64,000 nt of DNA from contig NC_043008.1 in assembly GCF_006345805.1 (NCBI RefSeq), positions 124,001 to 188,000 of the forward strand, read 5' to 3'. The notes under the pieces were generated by a model. That model was not told the origin of the DNA. It made no database searches and saw only the letters and a program-made list of their open reading frames with translations. The translations under genes and the position numbers were made by a program. Below, in pieces: positions 1 to 12,625 of this stretch (its first letter is position 1; each line of letters begins with the position of its first letter). The DNA comes from Octopus sinensis (Eukaryota).

Positions 1-29
1 ATCACTGCTTTGTGGTCCTGTTGATTTCT

Positions 30-90
30 CTTCAGCATGGCCGCAGTCTAATGACAGAAATAAGTAAAAGAATAAAAGAATAAAAAAAAT
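30..90 (+). mobile_element. SINE 3' tail fragment with LINE-like stem-loop
   Basis: CAGCATGGCCGCAGTCTAATGACAGAAATAAGTAAAAG matches the 3' tail of the complete family-2 SINE copies elsewhere in the window. Confidence 0.7.
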
Positions 91-200
91 CTCTAGAAGA
101 TAAATGACCGAACAATGGAAGAGACAATGCTTTATATTCTGTATGTGGCAGCAGGTAATATCCATAGCCACAACATATGGTGCAGGGCTCAGCTGATTTG

Positions 201-897
201 GCGGAAATATTCTTTTCTACATTAGGTACAAGGCCCGAAAATTTTGGGGGAGCGGGCCAGTCGATTAGATCGACCCCAGTACGCAAATGGGAAAGGCAAA
301 GTCGACCTCAGCGGAATTTGAACTCAGAATGTAGACGAAATACCGCTCGCGAAGCATTTCGCCCGGCGTGCTAAGGTTTCTTATTTCTTTACTGCCCTCA
401 AGGGGCTACACACAAAGGGGACAAGCAAGGACTGACAAACGGATTAAGTCGATTATATCGACCCAGTGCGTAACTGGTACTTATTTAATCGACCCGAAAG
501 GATGAAAGGCACAGTCGACCCCGGCGGAATTTGAACTCAGAACGTAGTAGCAGACGAAATACCTATTTCTTTATTACCCCCAAGGGGCTAAACTTAGAGG
601 GGACAAACAAGGACAGACATAGGTATTAAGTCGATTACATCGAACACAGTGCGTAACTGGTACTTAATTTATCGACCCCGAAAGGATGAAAGGCAAAGTT
701 AACCTCGGCGGAATTTGAACTCACAACGTAACGGCAGACGAAATACCGCTAAGCATTTCGCCCGGTGTGCTTAACGTTTCTGCCAGCTCGCCGCCTTGAG
801 ACAGAAACAATATTCTTTTCTACTCTAGGAACAAGGCCCGAAATTTTGAGGGAAGGGGCCAGTCGATTAGATCAACTCAAGTACGCAACTGGTACTT
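201..897 (-). mobile_element. Cluster of about 4 nested or truncated tRNA-derived SINEs (family 1)
   Basis: Repeated reverse-strand copies of box A (TGGCAGAAACGTT), box B (GAGTTCAAATTCC) and the GGTCGACTTTGCCTTTCATCCTTTCGGGGTCGAT body. Confidence 0.85.
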
Positions 898-935
898 TAG
901 TTTTTCATTCTCTCTCTGTTTATTTTCTCTTATTC

Positions 936-971
936 CTTTCTGTTGAAGAGCGTTGGCTCGAAACGTAAAAG
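936..971 (+). ncRNA. Minimal hammerhead-like motif, family A (core CUGUUGA)
   Basis: CUUU-CUGUUGA-A-GAGC(GUUG)GCUC-GAA-ACGU-A^-AAAG. It lies in a roughly 160-bp repeat module (905-1062) that ends in (TA)n. Confidence 0.55.
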
Positions 972-1060
972 ACTTCTTCATTTTCCGAGCGTCAAACTAA
1001 TACACTTGCTTGCTGTTCATACATCTGTCTTCGTTTTTTAGTTATTCTCTAAATTTCACC

Positions 1061-1115
<55 letters not shown>

Positions 1116-1176
1116 GTGTTTGTGTATGTGTTGTGTGTATTTGTCAATACTATTTTTGTTGAAGCGTATACATACA

Positions 1177-1236
<60 letters not shown>

Positions 1237-1296
1237 CTTAACAAGAAAACTATTGATAAATGCACACACACATATATACATATATATGTGTATATA

Positions 1297-1363
<67 letters not shown>

Positions 1364-1457
1364 CGGGAAGGTTTACGAAAATAACAAAGACGAGGGCAGG
1401 TGGAGTACAAACAAACCAATGTATTAGAATGGCGCTCAGGAATAGAAATAAAACAAG

Positions 1458-1495
1458 TCTTTTACGTTTCGAGCCTACGCACTTCGACAGAAAGA
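1458..1495 (-). ncRNA. Minimal hammerhead-like motif, family A
   Basis: UCUUU-CUGUCGA-A-GUGC(GUAG)GCUC-GAA-ACGU-A^-AAAGA, with one stem II mismatch. Module spans 1361-1530. Confidence 0.5.
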
Positions 1496-1589
1496 TACAC
1501 AGAAAAGAAACAAGGAGAGAAAAAAATATATATATACATATACATATACACATACACATATAATCATACTTATTTATGCAATGGGCTTC

Positions 1590-1745
1590 TTTCAGTTTCC
1601 GATAACCAAAACCCATTCGCAAGGCTTTGGTCGGCCCGACGCTACAATAGAATAATACACTTGCGCAAGGTACCACGCAATGGAACTGCATTCGGAACCA
1701 TGTAACTGTGAAGCGAACACTTTCAAACCACAAGTATTTAAGTGT
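1590..1745 (-). mobile_element. SINE family 2, 5' part
   Basis: Matches the head of the copies at 5990, 29655 and 60405 (tRNA-like GTTC box, GGCAAGTGT...CCGACCAAAGCCTTG). Confidence 0.75.
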
Positions 1746-2239
1746 TCGTAACCACGGCGAGAGCGCACTGCATCCGGGTTGGAGAGACAGAAAAAAGTGT
1801 TCGTTGAGCGAGGAGCCAGTTTTCTGATAGTCACCAACCGCTCTCTATATTCTCACACGAGATTTAAAAGTCATTATCAGTTCAATACATCCTGACGACA
1901 GCTTCCACTTCATAAAAGTTGTACAGGTGACACAAAAAGATAAACAGGTGAGAACACTCCATTGTAGAAACTATCTGTAGTGTTACAACGTGATTTCGTC
2001 TTTTCGATAAGATTACACCGCCCTCTATATTAAATGACATTAAATCTCTCTCTATATATTTTGAAACATAGTTTGTGGGAATATATATACTTGTGCATAT
2101 AATCTCTGTGTCCATAGAATCAACTGTGTGTATATAAATATGTGGCTGTGTATTTGTATGTAATTGTGTGTGTATATATTGTTTGTATACCTGAAGTAGT
2201 AACTGTGTGTGCAGTGCGTGCATGTGCATGTATATACAA

Positions 2240-2270
<31 letters not shown>

Positions 2271-2277
2271 TGTATAT

Positions 2278-2308
<31 letters not shown>

Positions 2309-2479
2309 ATATATATATATATATCTGTATGTATAACATATATATACATACACATATATGCATATATATATATATGTATGTACATATACTTATATCTATC
2401 TACCTCTCTATCGTTGTTTGGTTGTTTGTTATGGCCAGTGAGAGAGTGACTATGGGTTTCGCACCTATAAAATACTTAG

Positions 2480-3000
2480 CTATATAAGCGACTCGTGAGA
2501 TTCGTCGGCTGGAAGTACATAGCTTCTCTTCAACTGAAGGCAGGAATATGTCGTGGTCGCTAAATTTTTGTAAACAAAAATTCCGGAACGTAATGCTGCT
2601 GTCAATAAATGCGGGCGCGGTGGAGTTATCTCCCTTAAATCGGTTCCAGATGCGTCTAAGATGAGTCAGCATGAAGTCGACTGCTTTCCCCTAGTCGCAA
2701 AACAAGGAATTCCATGTTTTCAATATGAATTTCCTCTGATGAGAACACCGACTAAACTTCGCGTTTTTGCAGTTGAACAAAGTCTTCGAATCAAGCGAGT
2801 TTTTAAGGTTTCTCTCGGCAAAGCTAATTTACATCACTTGTCCTGATGAGGTAAGGTCCTGGTTGTCAAGGAGCCCCCATTTAATTATATATGGTTTACC
2901 TTCCTCTTTTAAACGTCATACGTAGCGGGCCAGGAACGTGATGTTGCGCCATTCTGATAGACTGTGATCGTTAAGATGATGCTTGAACGGATCCCCTGCA
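2480..3000 (-). mobile_element. Penelope-like element remnant (GIY-YIG endonuclease C-terminus, pseudogenised)
   Basis: Minus-strand translation FLARYV*RLKEEGKPYIIKWGLLD..GQVM*ISFAERNL...LFNCKNAKFSRCSHQRKFILK resembles the PLE ORF end (LSxYVWxLKE...IKW...CxLCxxEK...SKCRHxRKFxL). It has in-frame stops. Confidence 0.7.
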
Positions 3001-3113
3001 GATACAACATATTTCTATGTTTGTAAGCTTGTTCTGGTGGTGTAACAGCTGTATATGTTTGCGTGCCTGTGTTTGTCACCCCATCATCGCTCCCATCTCT
3101 AGCCTTAAATGAT

Positions 3114-3160
3114 ACACACGGACTCGAGTTTCTGAGTGGTTACCCGTCCTCAGCGTGTGT
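3114..3160 (-). ncRNA. Type I hammerhead ribozyme motif, near-intact
   Basis: ACACACG-CUGAGGA-C-GGGU(AACC)ACUC-A-GAA-ACUCGAGU-C^-CGUGUGU. It has a 7-bp stem I, a canonical core, an 8-nt palindromic stem III and a GUC site. Confidence 0.75.
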
Positions 3161-3401
3161 TAATCACTAGCTAGTGATGACCTCTCCTCGCAAATACTAA
3201 CCGGACACAGACTGTGTATCGTTAGCCTGCTGGAGGAGATGTCTTCCTGGGGCTATAAACAACAGTAGCACTGTCCTGTATAGGACGCCACACTTAGTTG
3301 GTAATTATATGCTACAATTCCGTACCGCTACTCTTTATATCTCGCCCAGAGATTTAACACAACATGTCTCTCTCTTATATATATGTATACACACACACAC
3401 A

Positions 3402-3446
<45 letters not shown>

Positions 3447-4162
3447 TCACATATATATATATAATATATATATACACACATACATTGATATATTCATGCC
3501 TGTGTATGTTTTTATATATGACTTTATGCGTCTATGAACGAGTGTCTATGCATTTCTAGACCTACGCATGTATGTATATATTCTTGTAAGTATGTATGTA
3601 TGTACTTATGTTTGTGTGAACATGGAAGTATGTATGCATGTACGTTTTCAGGATGTAATATGATAAAACAGGCACACACACACACACATATATATGTATG
3701 TATGTATATATGTATATACGTACGTGCATGTATATGTCAATGCGTGTGGGCGGATTGAGTGACACAAGACCATCTTGGTAAGTAAGTATTGTGTGTGACA
3801 AAGGAAACAGATAACCATTATCTCTTGTATTATCTTTTCCTCAACATCAGCCTCTCACTCCCTCACTCCTTGCTTCTCCTCATCCTTCTACTCTACCCTT
3901 ACTCTCATTCAGTCTCTCCATCTTAGTCTCTCTCTCTCTCTCTCCCTCTCTGTCTGTCTCTCTCTCTGTCTTCCACCCTTTCTCTGTGTATCTCCAACTT
4001 CCTTTCGATGAGTCACTCTTTTCTCAGTCTATCCCTTTCCCTTACTTTCAATCTCTTATTCTCTCTTTCTACCCCCTCTCTCACCCTCTCACTCTTTCTG
4101 TCATTCACTCTCTTCGTCTGGATCATTCTCCCTTCAACCCTGCCTGTTTGTTTATCACTCTA

Positions 4163-4169
<7 letters not shown>

Positions 4170-4232
<63 letters not shown>

Positions 4233-4605
4233 CACTTTCATTCCTTGCTTGCTTGCCTCCTTCCTTCCTTCTTTGTAATTCACTCTCCCTTTGTGTGTGT
4301 GTGAGTGCGCGCGTGCGCGCGTGCGTATGTGTGTGCGTGTGTGTGTTTGTATCCGCTCATTTTTCTATTTCACATTTTCTTTACTCTCACTTTTACTTAA
4401 AGCGTGTTTTCCACTCAGTGTATATGTATGTATATATGCATGTATCTATCTATCTGCTTTACTGCCTGTCGGTCTGTCTATGTATGTATGTATGTATGTA
4501 TGTATGTATGTATGTATGTATGTATGTATGTATGTATGTATGTATGTATGTATGTTTGTATGTATGTATGTATCTACTGGTCTGCCTGACTGCCTGTCTG
4601 TTTGC

Positions 4606-4684
<79 letters not shown>

Positions 4685-4685
4685 G
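4170..4685. repeat. Compound microsatellites (TC)n, (TG)n, (TATG)n, (TCTA)n
   Basis: Directly visible. Confidence 0.95.
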
Positions 4686-4690
4686 TATTC

Positions 4691-4744
4691 ATCACAGCTG
4701 TCCGACGAACGGGAACGTGAAACTCTGAGTAACAGTTCTGTGAT
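4691..4744 (+). ncRNA. Type I hammerhead ribozyme motif, apparently intact (U4C variant)
   Basis: AUCACAG-CUGU-CCGACGA-ACG(GGAA)CGU-GAA-ACUC(U)GAGU-A^-ACAG-uu-CUGUGAU. It has an 11-bp stem I with a 2-nt bulge, a GNRA-capped stem II and a GUA site. Confidence 0.75.
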
Positions 4745-4889
4745 AGTTTTGCAGCTTTAATAAACAGTTTATTACTCTATCTCTGGTACTCTAGTACTAT
4801 TTCTTCCACCTAGTTTTGCACTTATGCGTTCACCTCCATGTGTATGTGCGTGTGTGTGTGTATACATACATACACCCACACGCACACAC

Positions 4890-5447
4890 TCACTCACTCA
4901 TTCACTCATTCACTCACTCACTCACTCACTCACTCACTCACTCACTCACTCACTCACTCACTCACTCAATCACTCACTCGTTCGCTCATTCACTCACTCA
5001 CTCACTCACTCGTTCGCTCACTTACTCACTCACTCACTCACTCACTCACTCCCGTATATATGCAAGTATTTGTCTCTTCTGCTTCTACATATTTCCATAT
5101 TCTCCTCACGACCTTCATTTCTTCATCTGCACTTCTCCCTTCATTCCACTTTATCTATTATTTCTTGCCATTCTTAGCGCTCTCTTTCAGTCTCTACAGA
5201 TTGTGAGTTGTTTTTTTTCCTTAAAGTAAAAAAAGATATGAATTTTCCAGAGATAACATATCGTCTCACCCACATTAATATGTTTATTCATTTAGATTCT
5301 CTGTACGTGTTATGGTTTCCAAATACATATACACATACATGCATACATATAGACATATTTACGTACATACACAGATATTTGCGTACTTACGTATATACAT
5401 ACATGTTCTTCTTTGTGTATGTGTGCCTAAATATTGCATATATATAT

Positions 5448-5479
<32 letters not shown>

Positions 5480-5485
5480 CTATAT

Positions 5486-5546
<61 letters not shown>

Positions 5547-5985
5547 GTACATCCATACATCTATCCAACCGAAACTTACCCATCAACACATGCATACATA
5601 CATACCTACGTACATACATGCAACCTACATACATACATACATACACACATACATACAATACATACTACTACATACATACATACATACATGCATACATGCA
5701 TACATACATACATACATACATACATACATACATACATGCATGCATACATCATACATACATACATACATCATACATCATACATGCATACATACATACATAC
5801 ATACATAACATACACATACATACATGCCACATACGTACACACATACATACATGCATACATACATACATACATACATGCATACATGCATGCATACATACAT
5901 ACATACATACATACATGCATACATGCATGCATACATACATACATACATACATACATACATACATACATACATACATACACGCACC
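4890..5985. repeat. Microsatellite tracts (TCAC)n, (TA)n, (TACA)n
   Basis: Directly visible. These tracts generate the THSL, YI and HTYI ORFs. Confidence 0.95.
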
Positions 5986-5989
5986 CACA

Positions 5990-6330
5990 CACGTGGCTGT
6001 GTGGTAAGAAGCCTGCTTCCCGACTACATGGTTCTGGGTTCAATCCCACTCCGTGGCCCCTTGGTCAAGGGTCTTCTACTATAGCCTCGGGCCGACCAAA
6101 GCCTTGTGAATGGATTTGGTAGACGGAAATTGAAAGAAGTCAGTCGAATATATATATGATTATGCTTGTGTGTCTGTATTTGTGCCCCCACCATCGCTTG
6201 ACAACCGATGGTGGTTGTCGTTTACGTCCCTGAAACTTAGCTGTTCGGCAAAAGTACCCGATAGTATAAGTCCTAAGCTTACAAAAAATACGCCCTGGAG
6301 TAGATTCCTTCGACTAAAAGGCGGTGCACC
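5990..6330 (+). mobile_element. SINE family 2, nearly full length
   Basis: Head TGGCTGTGTGGTAAGAAG...GGGTTCAATCCC, internal microsatellite, and body ending GGCGGTGC. Confidence 0.85.
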
Positions 6331-6832
6331 TGCGTATTATACTCAAGGATTTACAGTAGATAGAAAGATAGATAGATAAATAGATAGCTATACATATATT
6401 TGATCTAGTCTTTACGTAGGTATTTGCGTAGGTATCTGGTTGACAATATGCTTATATACATGAATATGTAATGTTACTATAATCCTTATTCTCACAGTTA
6501 TTGTTGTTTGGTCCTCGGTCAATTCCAACTTAGAATATTTGTAATTAAATGCATTCCAGCTATGATCATCCTATCCGTTCCCGAGATGCCGGAAGCCCGG
6601 GAACACCTTATCCCCTCATTTAAAGACAATCTGCTGCAATTTTGGGGGAGATTTAGCTGCTGTTTGGAGTTAGATCGAGTGGTACATAAATACAGGTTTC
6701 TTCATTGGCTCGTAAGATTATTTTTATCTTGGTTCTTTTCAAATTTACCATTGTTATCCAGCAGCGCACTTGCCCTCAATAATCACTCCTATCGATTGAT
6801 CCAGCTCAATACTAGCTCTTAACGTCTTAACA

Positions 6833-7446
6833 TATTCTTTTCTACTCTAGGCACAAGGCCCGAAATTTCTGGGTAAGTGACCAGTCGATTAGATCGACTC
6901 CAGTACGCAACTGGTACTTAATTTATAGACCCCGAAATGATGAAAGGCAAAGTTGACCTCGGCGGAATTTGAACTCAGAACTTAACGGCAGAGGAACTAC
7001 CGCTAAGCATTTCGCCCGGCGTACGAACGTTTCTGCCAGCTCGCCAACATAAAATATTTTTTCTACTCTAGGCACAAAGCCCGAAATTTTTGGGGAAGGG
7101 ACCAGTCGATTAGATCGACCCCAGTACGCAACTGGTACTTAATTTATCGACCCCGAAAGGATGAAAGGCAAAGTCGACCTGGGCGGAATTTGAACTCGGA
7201 ATGTAAAGACAAACAAAATACTTATTTCTTTACTACCAACAAGGGGATAAACACAGAGAGGACAAACAATGACAGACAAACGGATTATGTCGATTATATT
7301 GACCCCAGTGCGTAACTGGTACTTATTTAATCGACCTCGAAATGATGAACGGCAAAGTCGACCTCGGCGGAATTTGAACTCAGAACGTAACGGCAGACGA
7401 AATACCGCTACGCACTTCGCCCGGCTTGCTAACGTTTCTGCCAGCT
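6833..7446 (-). mobile_element. Cluster of three family-1 tRNA-derived SINEs
   Basis: Three tandem reverse copies of the same body as 201-897. Confidence 0.85.
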
Positions 7447-7605
7447 TACACACATTCATATCGAATCAAAGACTCAATCACAACCGCCGAAAGATACGCA
7501 GACAGGCAAGTATTCATTGGAAGCACATCACTTAAACGAAAAAACAAGCCAAAAACCTATAATTATACAATCACGCTTAAACACGCATATACATGTACAT
7601 ATAGG

Positions 7606-7677
<72 letters not shown>

Positions 7678-7853
7678 TACGCACACACACACTCAAGTTG
7701 ATAAGAAGGGCAAAGAAAGGCGGTGAGAGATCAGAGGTACCCAGAACTTGCTACAGACATTTGTAACAAGAAATACGGATATGTTTGTCTCTTAAGGACC
7801 ATCAGGTGATCAAATGTCTCACCTTATCAATCAGAATTTTCCATTTCTCTCAG

Positions 7854-7883
7854 GTTAATGTCCATCGTGATTAAATGCTGCAG
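7854..7883 (+). CDS. Candidate 30-nt exon (phase 2/2; LMSIVIKCC)
   Basis: ttttccatttctctcAG acceptor and CAG|gtatct donor. Only one frame is open, and it lies in non-repetitive DNA. It could be a chance match. Confidence 0.25.
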
Positions 7884-8193
7884 GTATCTTTCTATTTTAA
7901 AGTGACACATTCTTAAATTTGTGATACTCTCCTTTACCCAGGTAAACACTTCACCTGCTTTCATCTGCCACTTCAGTTAAATTCTTACCTGATAAAGTAG
8001 TTTTGTTTCTTTTTACCTGATCGATGAGTTATCATTGACTTTATTCCCAAGAAATCCCTTCCCCAACCTACACATTCATACATACATACATACATACATA
8101 CATAACATACATACATACATACATACATACATACATACACACATATATATATGTGTGTGTGTGTATGTGTGTATAGGTATATATATGTACGTA

Positions 8194-8225
<32 letters not shown>

Positions 8226-8359
8226 ATATATATATATATATTATGTATGTATAGGTATATATGTAATAATATGTATATGCATATATTTATGTATATATTG
8301 TATATGTATATATATATATAAAGATATTATATATATATATATATATATAAGTATATATA

Positions 8360-8400
<41 letters not shown>

Positions 8401-8641
8401 ATATATATATGTACATATATATACACACACATATAAAGATGAAATTACTTTGAAATGGAGGCGTGGCGTTCAATCAAATGATAATATATATATATATATG
8501 TATATTTATATTTATTTTTTCACATTTATTTTTCAAGTGAAAAATTATTTTCGAATTTTTTCTCTTATGAGGTTTTTCACGCTAACTACCTGATAATTTC
8601 TTGTTAAGATTCCTTATTAAGATTTTATCCTTAATTGTTAA

Positions 8642-8678
<37 letters not shown>

Positions 8679-8689
8679 ATATATATCAT

Positions 8690-9046
8690 TTAGTCATTTA
8701 CTTGTGTTTCAGTCATTTCACTGCTGCCATGCTGGAGCACCGCATTTAGTCGAGCAAATCGACCCCTGGACTTATTCTTTGTAAGCCTAGTACTTATTCT
8801 ATCTGATCACTTTTCTCGAACCGCTAGGTTACATGGACGTAAACACACCAACACCGGTTGTCAAACGATGGTGAGAGACAACCACACACACACACACACA
8901 AACACAAACACAAACACAATTATATACGTATATACATACAGACATATATATATATAGGTGTATATATATATAGAGAGAGAGAGACAAATATATGTATATA
9001 TATATATATAATACATAATATCTGTATGTATACATATATACATGCA

Positions 9047-9086
<40 letters not shown>

Positions 9087-9158
9087 TTTTGTTGTTTTTG
9101 TAAAATCTCAGAAAATAATTAAAAATTCACATTTTTTATCAAATTATTTTGTTATATT

Positions 9159-9196
<38 letters not shown>

Positions 9197-9205
9197 CATA
9201 TATAT

Positions 9206-9237
<32 letters not shown>

Positions 9238-9269
9238 CATATATATATACACACACACACAACACACAC

Positions 9270-9317
<48 letters not shown>

Positions 9318-9470
9318 CGGCGGGCTTCTTTCTCTTTCCGTGTAGCAAATCCATCAGAAGTCTTTGGTCGGCCCGTGGCTACAGTAGAAGACACTTGCCT
9401 AAGGTGCCACGCAGTGGAACTGAATTCGGAACCATGCGGTGGGTAAGCAAGCTTCTTAACACACAGTCAC
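8690..9470 (-). mobile_element. SINE family 2 split by an expanded internal microsatellite region
   Basis: 3' tail at 8700-8900 and head at 9320-9470, with (TA)n/(CA)n between them. Confidence 0.75.
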
Positions 9471-9478
9471 GTTGCACC

Positions 9479-9533
<55 letters not shown>

Positions 9534-10099
9534 TTTATATATGTATGTGTATGTATGTATGTATGTATATATATATATATATATATATAGTATATAACTA
9601 TATATATATATAAATACATACATACATATATATACATATATTTATTTATATATAAATACATACATACATACATACTACATACATATATATATGTATATAT
9701 AATATATATATGTATATTTGTATGTTGTTCCATTTCTCTTATATTATATGTATGTATACATATATATATATATAAGAATATATATATATATATGTATATA
9801 TATGTCATACATATATGTATTATATATGTAAAATTGTATATAAATATGTATATATATATATATACATAATTACATACACATGCATACATGGGTGTATACA
9901 TTAATAATAAGTGGATTAGAGTTATTTTTAAACTTTAGTTGGTTATCAATGTTCTATTATTAGACCAAATCGTATTTTTGTCTTATTACGTTCACGTCTA
10001 CACATCCATAAACACATCCATAAACACATCCATATATGACATGCACTTACACACACACATACTTGTGTGTATGTGTATGAGTGTGTGTGTGTGTGTGTA

Positions 10100-10350
10100 A
10101 GCTCATGGCTTTGCGGTTAAGGTGTTATACTCATATTCGAAAGATTGTGGTTTCGATTCCTGAACAGGTCGATGCGTTGTGTTTTTGAGCAAAACACTTT
10201 ATTACACGTAGCTCCAGTTCACGCAGTGGGCAAAAGTGAGTAATCCTGCGTCAGACTAGCGTCCTCTGCCGGATGGTAGTGGATATTATAAACACCACAG
10301 AATACAGAAACCAGCCTTAGGAGCCTGTGTCTCGGTAAAGAAATTCGATC
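10100..10350 (+). mobile_element. Older tRNA-headed SINE
   Basis: Box A-like TGGCTTTGCGGTTAAG and box B GTTTCGATTCC. It shares GAGCAAAACACTTTAT with the SINE at 58640. Confidence 0.6.
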
Positions 10351-10377
10351 TTTTAAAAATAATTATAGTGGTACAAC

Positions 10378-10600
10378 CTAGGCATCCGTTGGGCTCGAGA
10401 GGCCAAGGATCTGCGCCAAAGAAATCGTGTCAGCTGCTGATGGTGGTGCAGCGTCTGATGTGGCTGTACAGGTCCACGTGGGAGTGGCAGTCACGCATGG
10501 AGTCACTGCATTTGAATGGAGTTCTCTGTCAGTGCTGCATATTTTTCTTTCCGTCTGGTTCGTTTTTCTTTTCTTTGATGGCGAGTATCACACTGGAGGC
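10378..10600 (-). mobile_element. RTE-clade LINE 3' end fragment
   Basis: Frameshifted RKEKRTRRKEKYAALTENS / PFKCSDSMRDCHSHVDLYSHIRRC resembles the RTE C-terminal CxxC..R.GLYSH.R.C zinc finger. Confidence 0.7.
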
Positions 10601-11930
10601 AAATACTACGAAAGGGAATGAAGAGAACGGAAGGAAAACAGGTACTCGCCAATATATGTATATTGCTCGAAATGAGGAGTAGATGGAAGTCGACAACTGA
10701 TGAAGGGTCTTTCTTTATGTTACTCGTCTTGTTTTCCATTTGTGTCTCTCGTTGTTCGCATGCCCAAGTTTGTCTACTTACCAAACAGCCACTCCTGCAT
10801 ATGTATATATATTTTGCATAGGTATTGTTCTTTATGTTGCCTGTCTTGTTTCTCTGTTTGTTTCTTTCGTTGTTCGAAAACATGTTCGTTTTCCATGTTG
10901 TTCACGTTTTTTTTTATGACGTCCTGTACCCATATATGCATGTGTATATACATATATATGTAGGTATGTAACAGATATGTAGGTATATATGCATATCTGT
11001 ATATTATTCATATATTTATATATATGAAAAATAGCCAGTTGTAAAATCTGGAGAAGAGATCAGAGTAGCATCTATAATTAACAAGTAAAGTCAACCACCA
11101 GTTTCAACCAATCCATAAAATTCGACTTTTAACTGTCTTCTTTCATTTCCGCTACACATATCTATTTCCACACCTTTAAGCTTTATTCCCAATCATCTAT
11201 CACACTATATTTCTCAACCCTTAATTTTCTGTCAATTTCTTCCTTTCTCCTCTTTCTCTTTCTCTAATTGTGTTTGACGTTAAATCTATTAACGGTTTAA
11301 AAAAAACAAAACTTGCCAACGTTCCCGTCATCATACACGCGGTAATCACATCCGGTTAAATGGATTATTGATGTGTTTTGTTTCTCTTTTTTTTTTCTCC
11401 CTGACGTGATGATTGCATCATTTTAGTGCCTCAGGAATAATACCAATGTTTTCTTCGAAACATATGTCGGAAGTATAAAGATTTGAACAACACCTGCGTT
11501 TAACTCCATTTCTTAATTTATATCTCGTTCTCTCTCACTCTATATCTCTCTCTTTCTATATATATACATACATTAATACATACGCACACACACACACATA
11601 TATATCTTTTATTAAACTTTTAATACTTTTGATATATATTTAAAATAATATAAATTAAATTAATTTTATGTATTGGCTTATGTTTTTCACTGTTTGATTT
11701 GGCTAATAGTGGTTTTATCGCTAATTTAATATAATATAATATATTTATACTATAAAATTGGATTTAATCCTAAATCTGATTTTTCCCTAAGTTTGGATTT
11801 ATTCCCTAATATTTTATTATTATATTATATTTATTCCCTAATATTTTATTGTGCTAGACACACCAGCGATAATAATTAATTTTATTGTATCGCATTTGAC
11901 TTTGTTTATATATATATATAATATATATAT

Positions 11931-11979
<49 letters not shown>

Positions 11980-12291
11980 TACATATATAATCTATATACA
12001 TATTATATACAATATACACACACACATATATACACACACACATATATACACACACACATATGTATTTATGTATGTATGTATACATGTGTGTGTGCGTGTG
12101 CGCGCGTATCTATTTGTATATACATATAATGTTTGTGCTTATAAATTTGTATATATACGTGTATACGTATATATTTGTATATATACATGTATACGTGTAT
12201 ATCTATATACACGTATACACACACACGCACATATATATATATACATGTATATATGTATATACTACTTATAGATATATATGTGTTTGTATTT

Positions 12292-12342
<51 letters not shown>

Positions 12343-12409
12343 CATACTATATATATGTAATATTTGGAGACGCAATGAGTGTGCGTATGTGTATGTGTTG
12401 ATGCATATT

Positions 12410-12625
12410 TGTTTCAAATTTTGGCACAAGGCCAGCAATTTTGTGGGTGGGGTTAAAGTCGATTACATCGACCCCAGTGTCAGACTGGTAGTTATTTTAT
12501 CGACTCCGAAAGGAATAAAAGGCAATGTCAGTGTCGGTGGGATTTGAACTCAGAAGGTAAGGACAAACGAAATGTCACTAGGCATTTTTCTCGGGGTGAT
12601 AACGATTCTGGCGCCCACCGCTTTC
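12410..12625 (-). mobile_element. Family-1 SINE, diverged
   Basis: Homologous to the other family-1 copies. Confidence 0.75.

Noticed and set aside
2736-2860. CTGATGA matches at about 2736 and 2843 (also 1885, 10698, 20581, 33711, 38666, 51584)
   Set aside because: There is no downstream stem II-GAAA-stem III-NUH-stem I arrangement, so these are chance core heptamers.
4698-4728. Possible 31-nt exon LSDERERETL
   Set aside because: The donor is weak, and the same bases form a complete hammerhead fold, which is the more specific explanation.
10503-10620. Apparent terminal exon after a strong pyrimidine tract (minus strand)
   Set aside because: The sequence is better explained as a frameshifted RTE C-terminal zinc-finger region.
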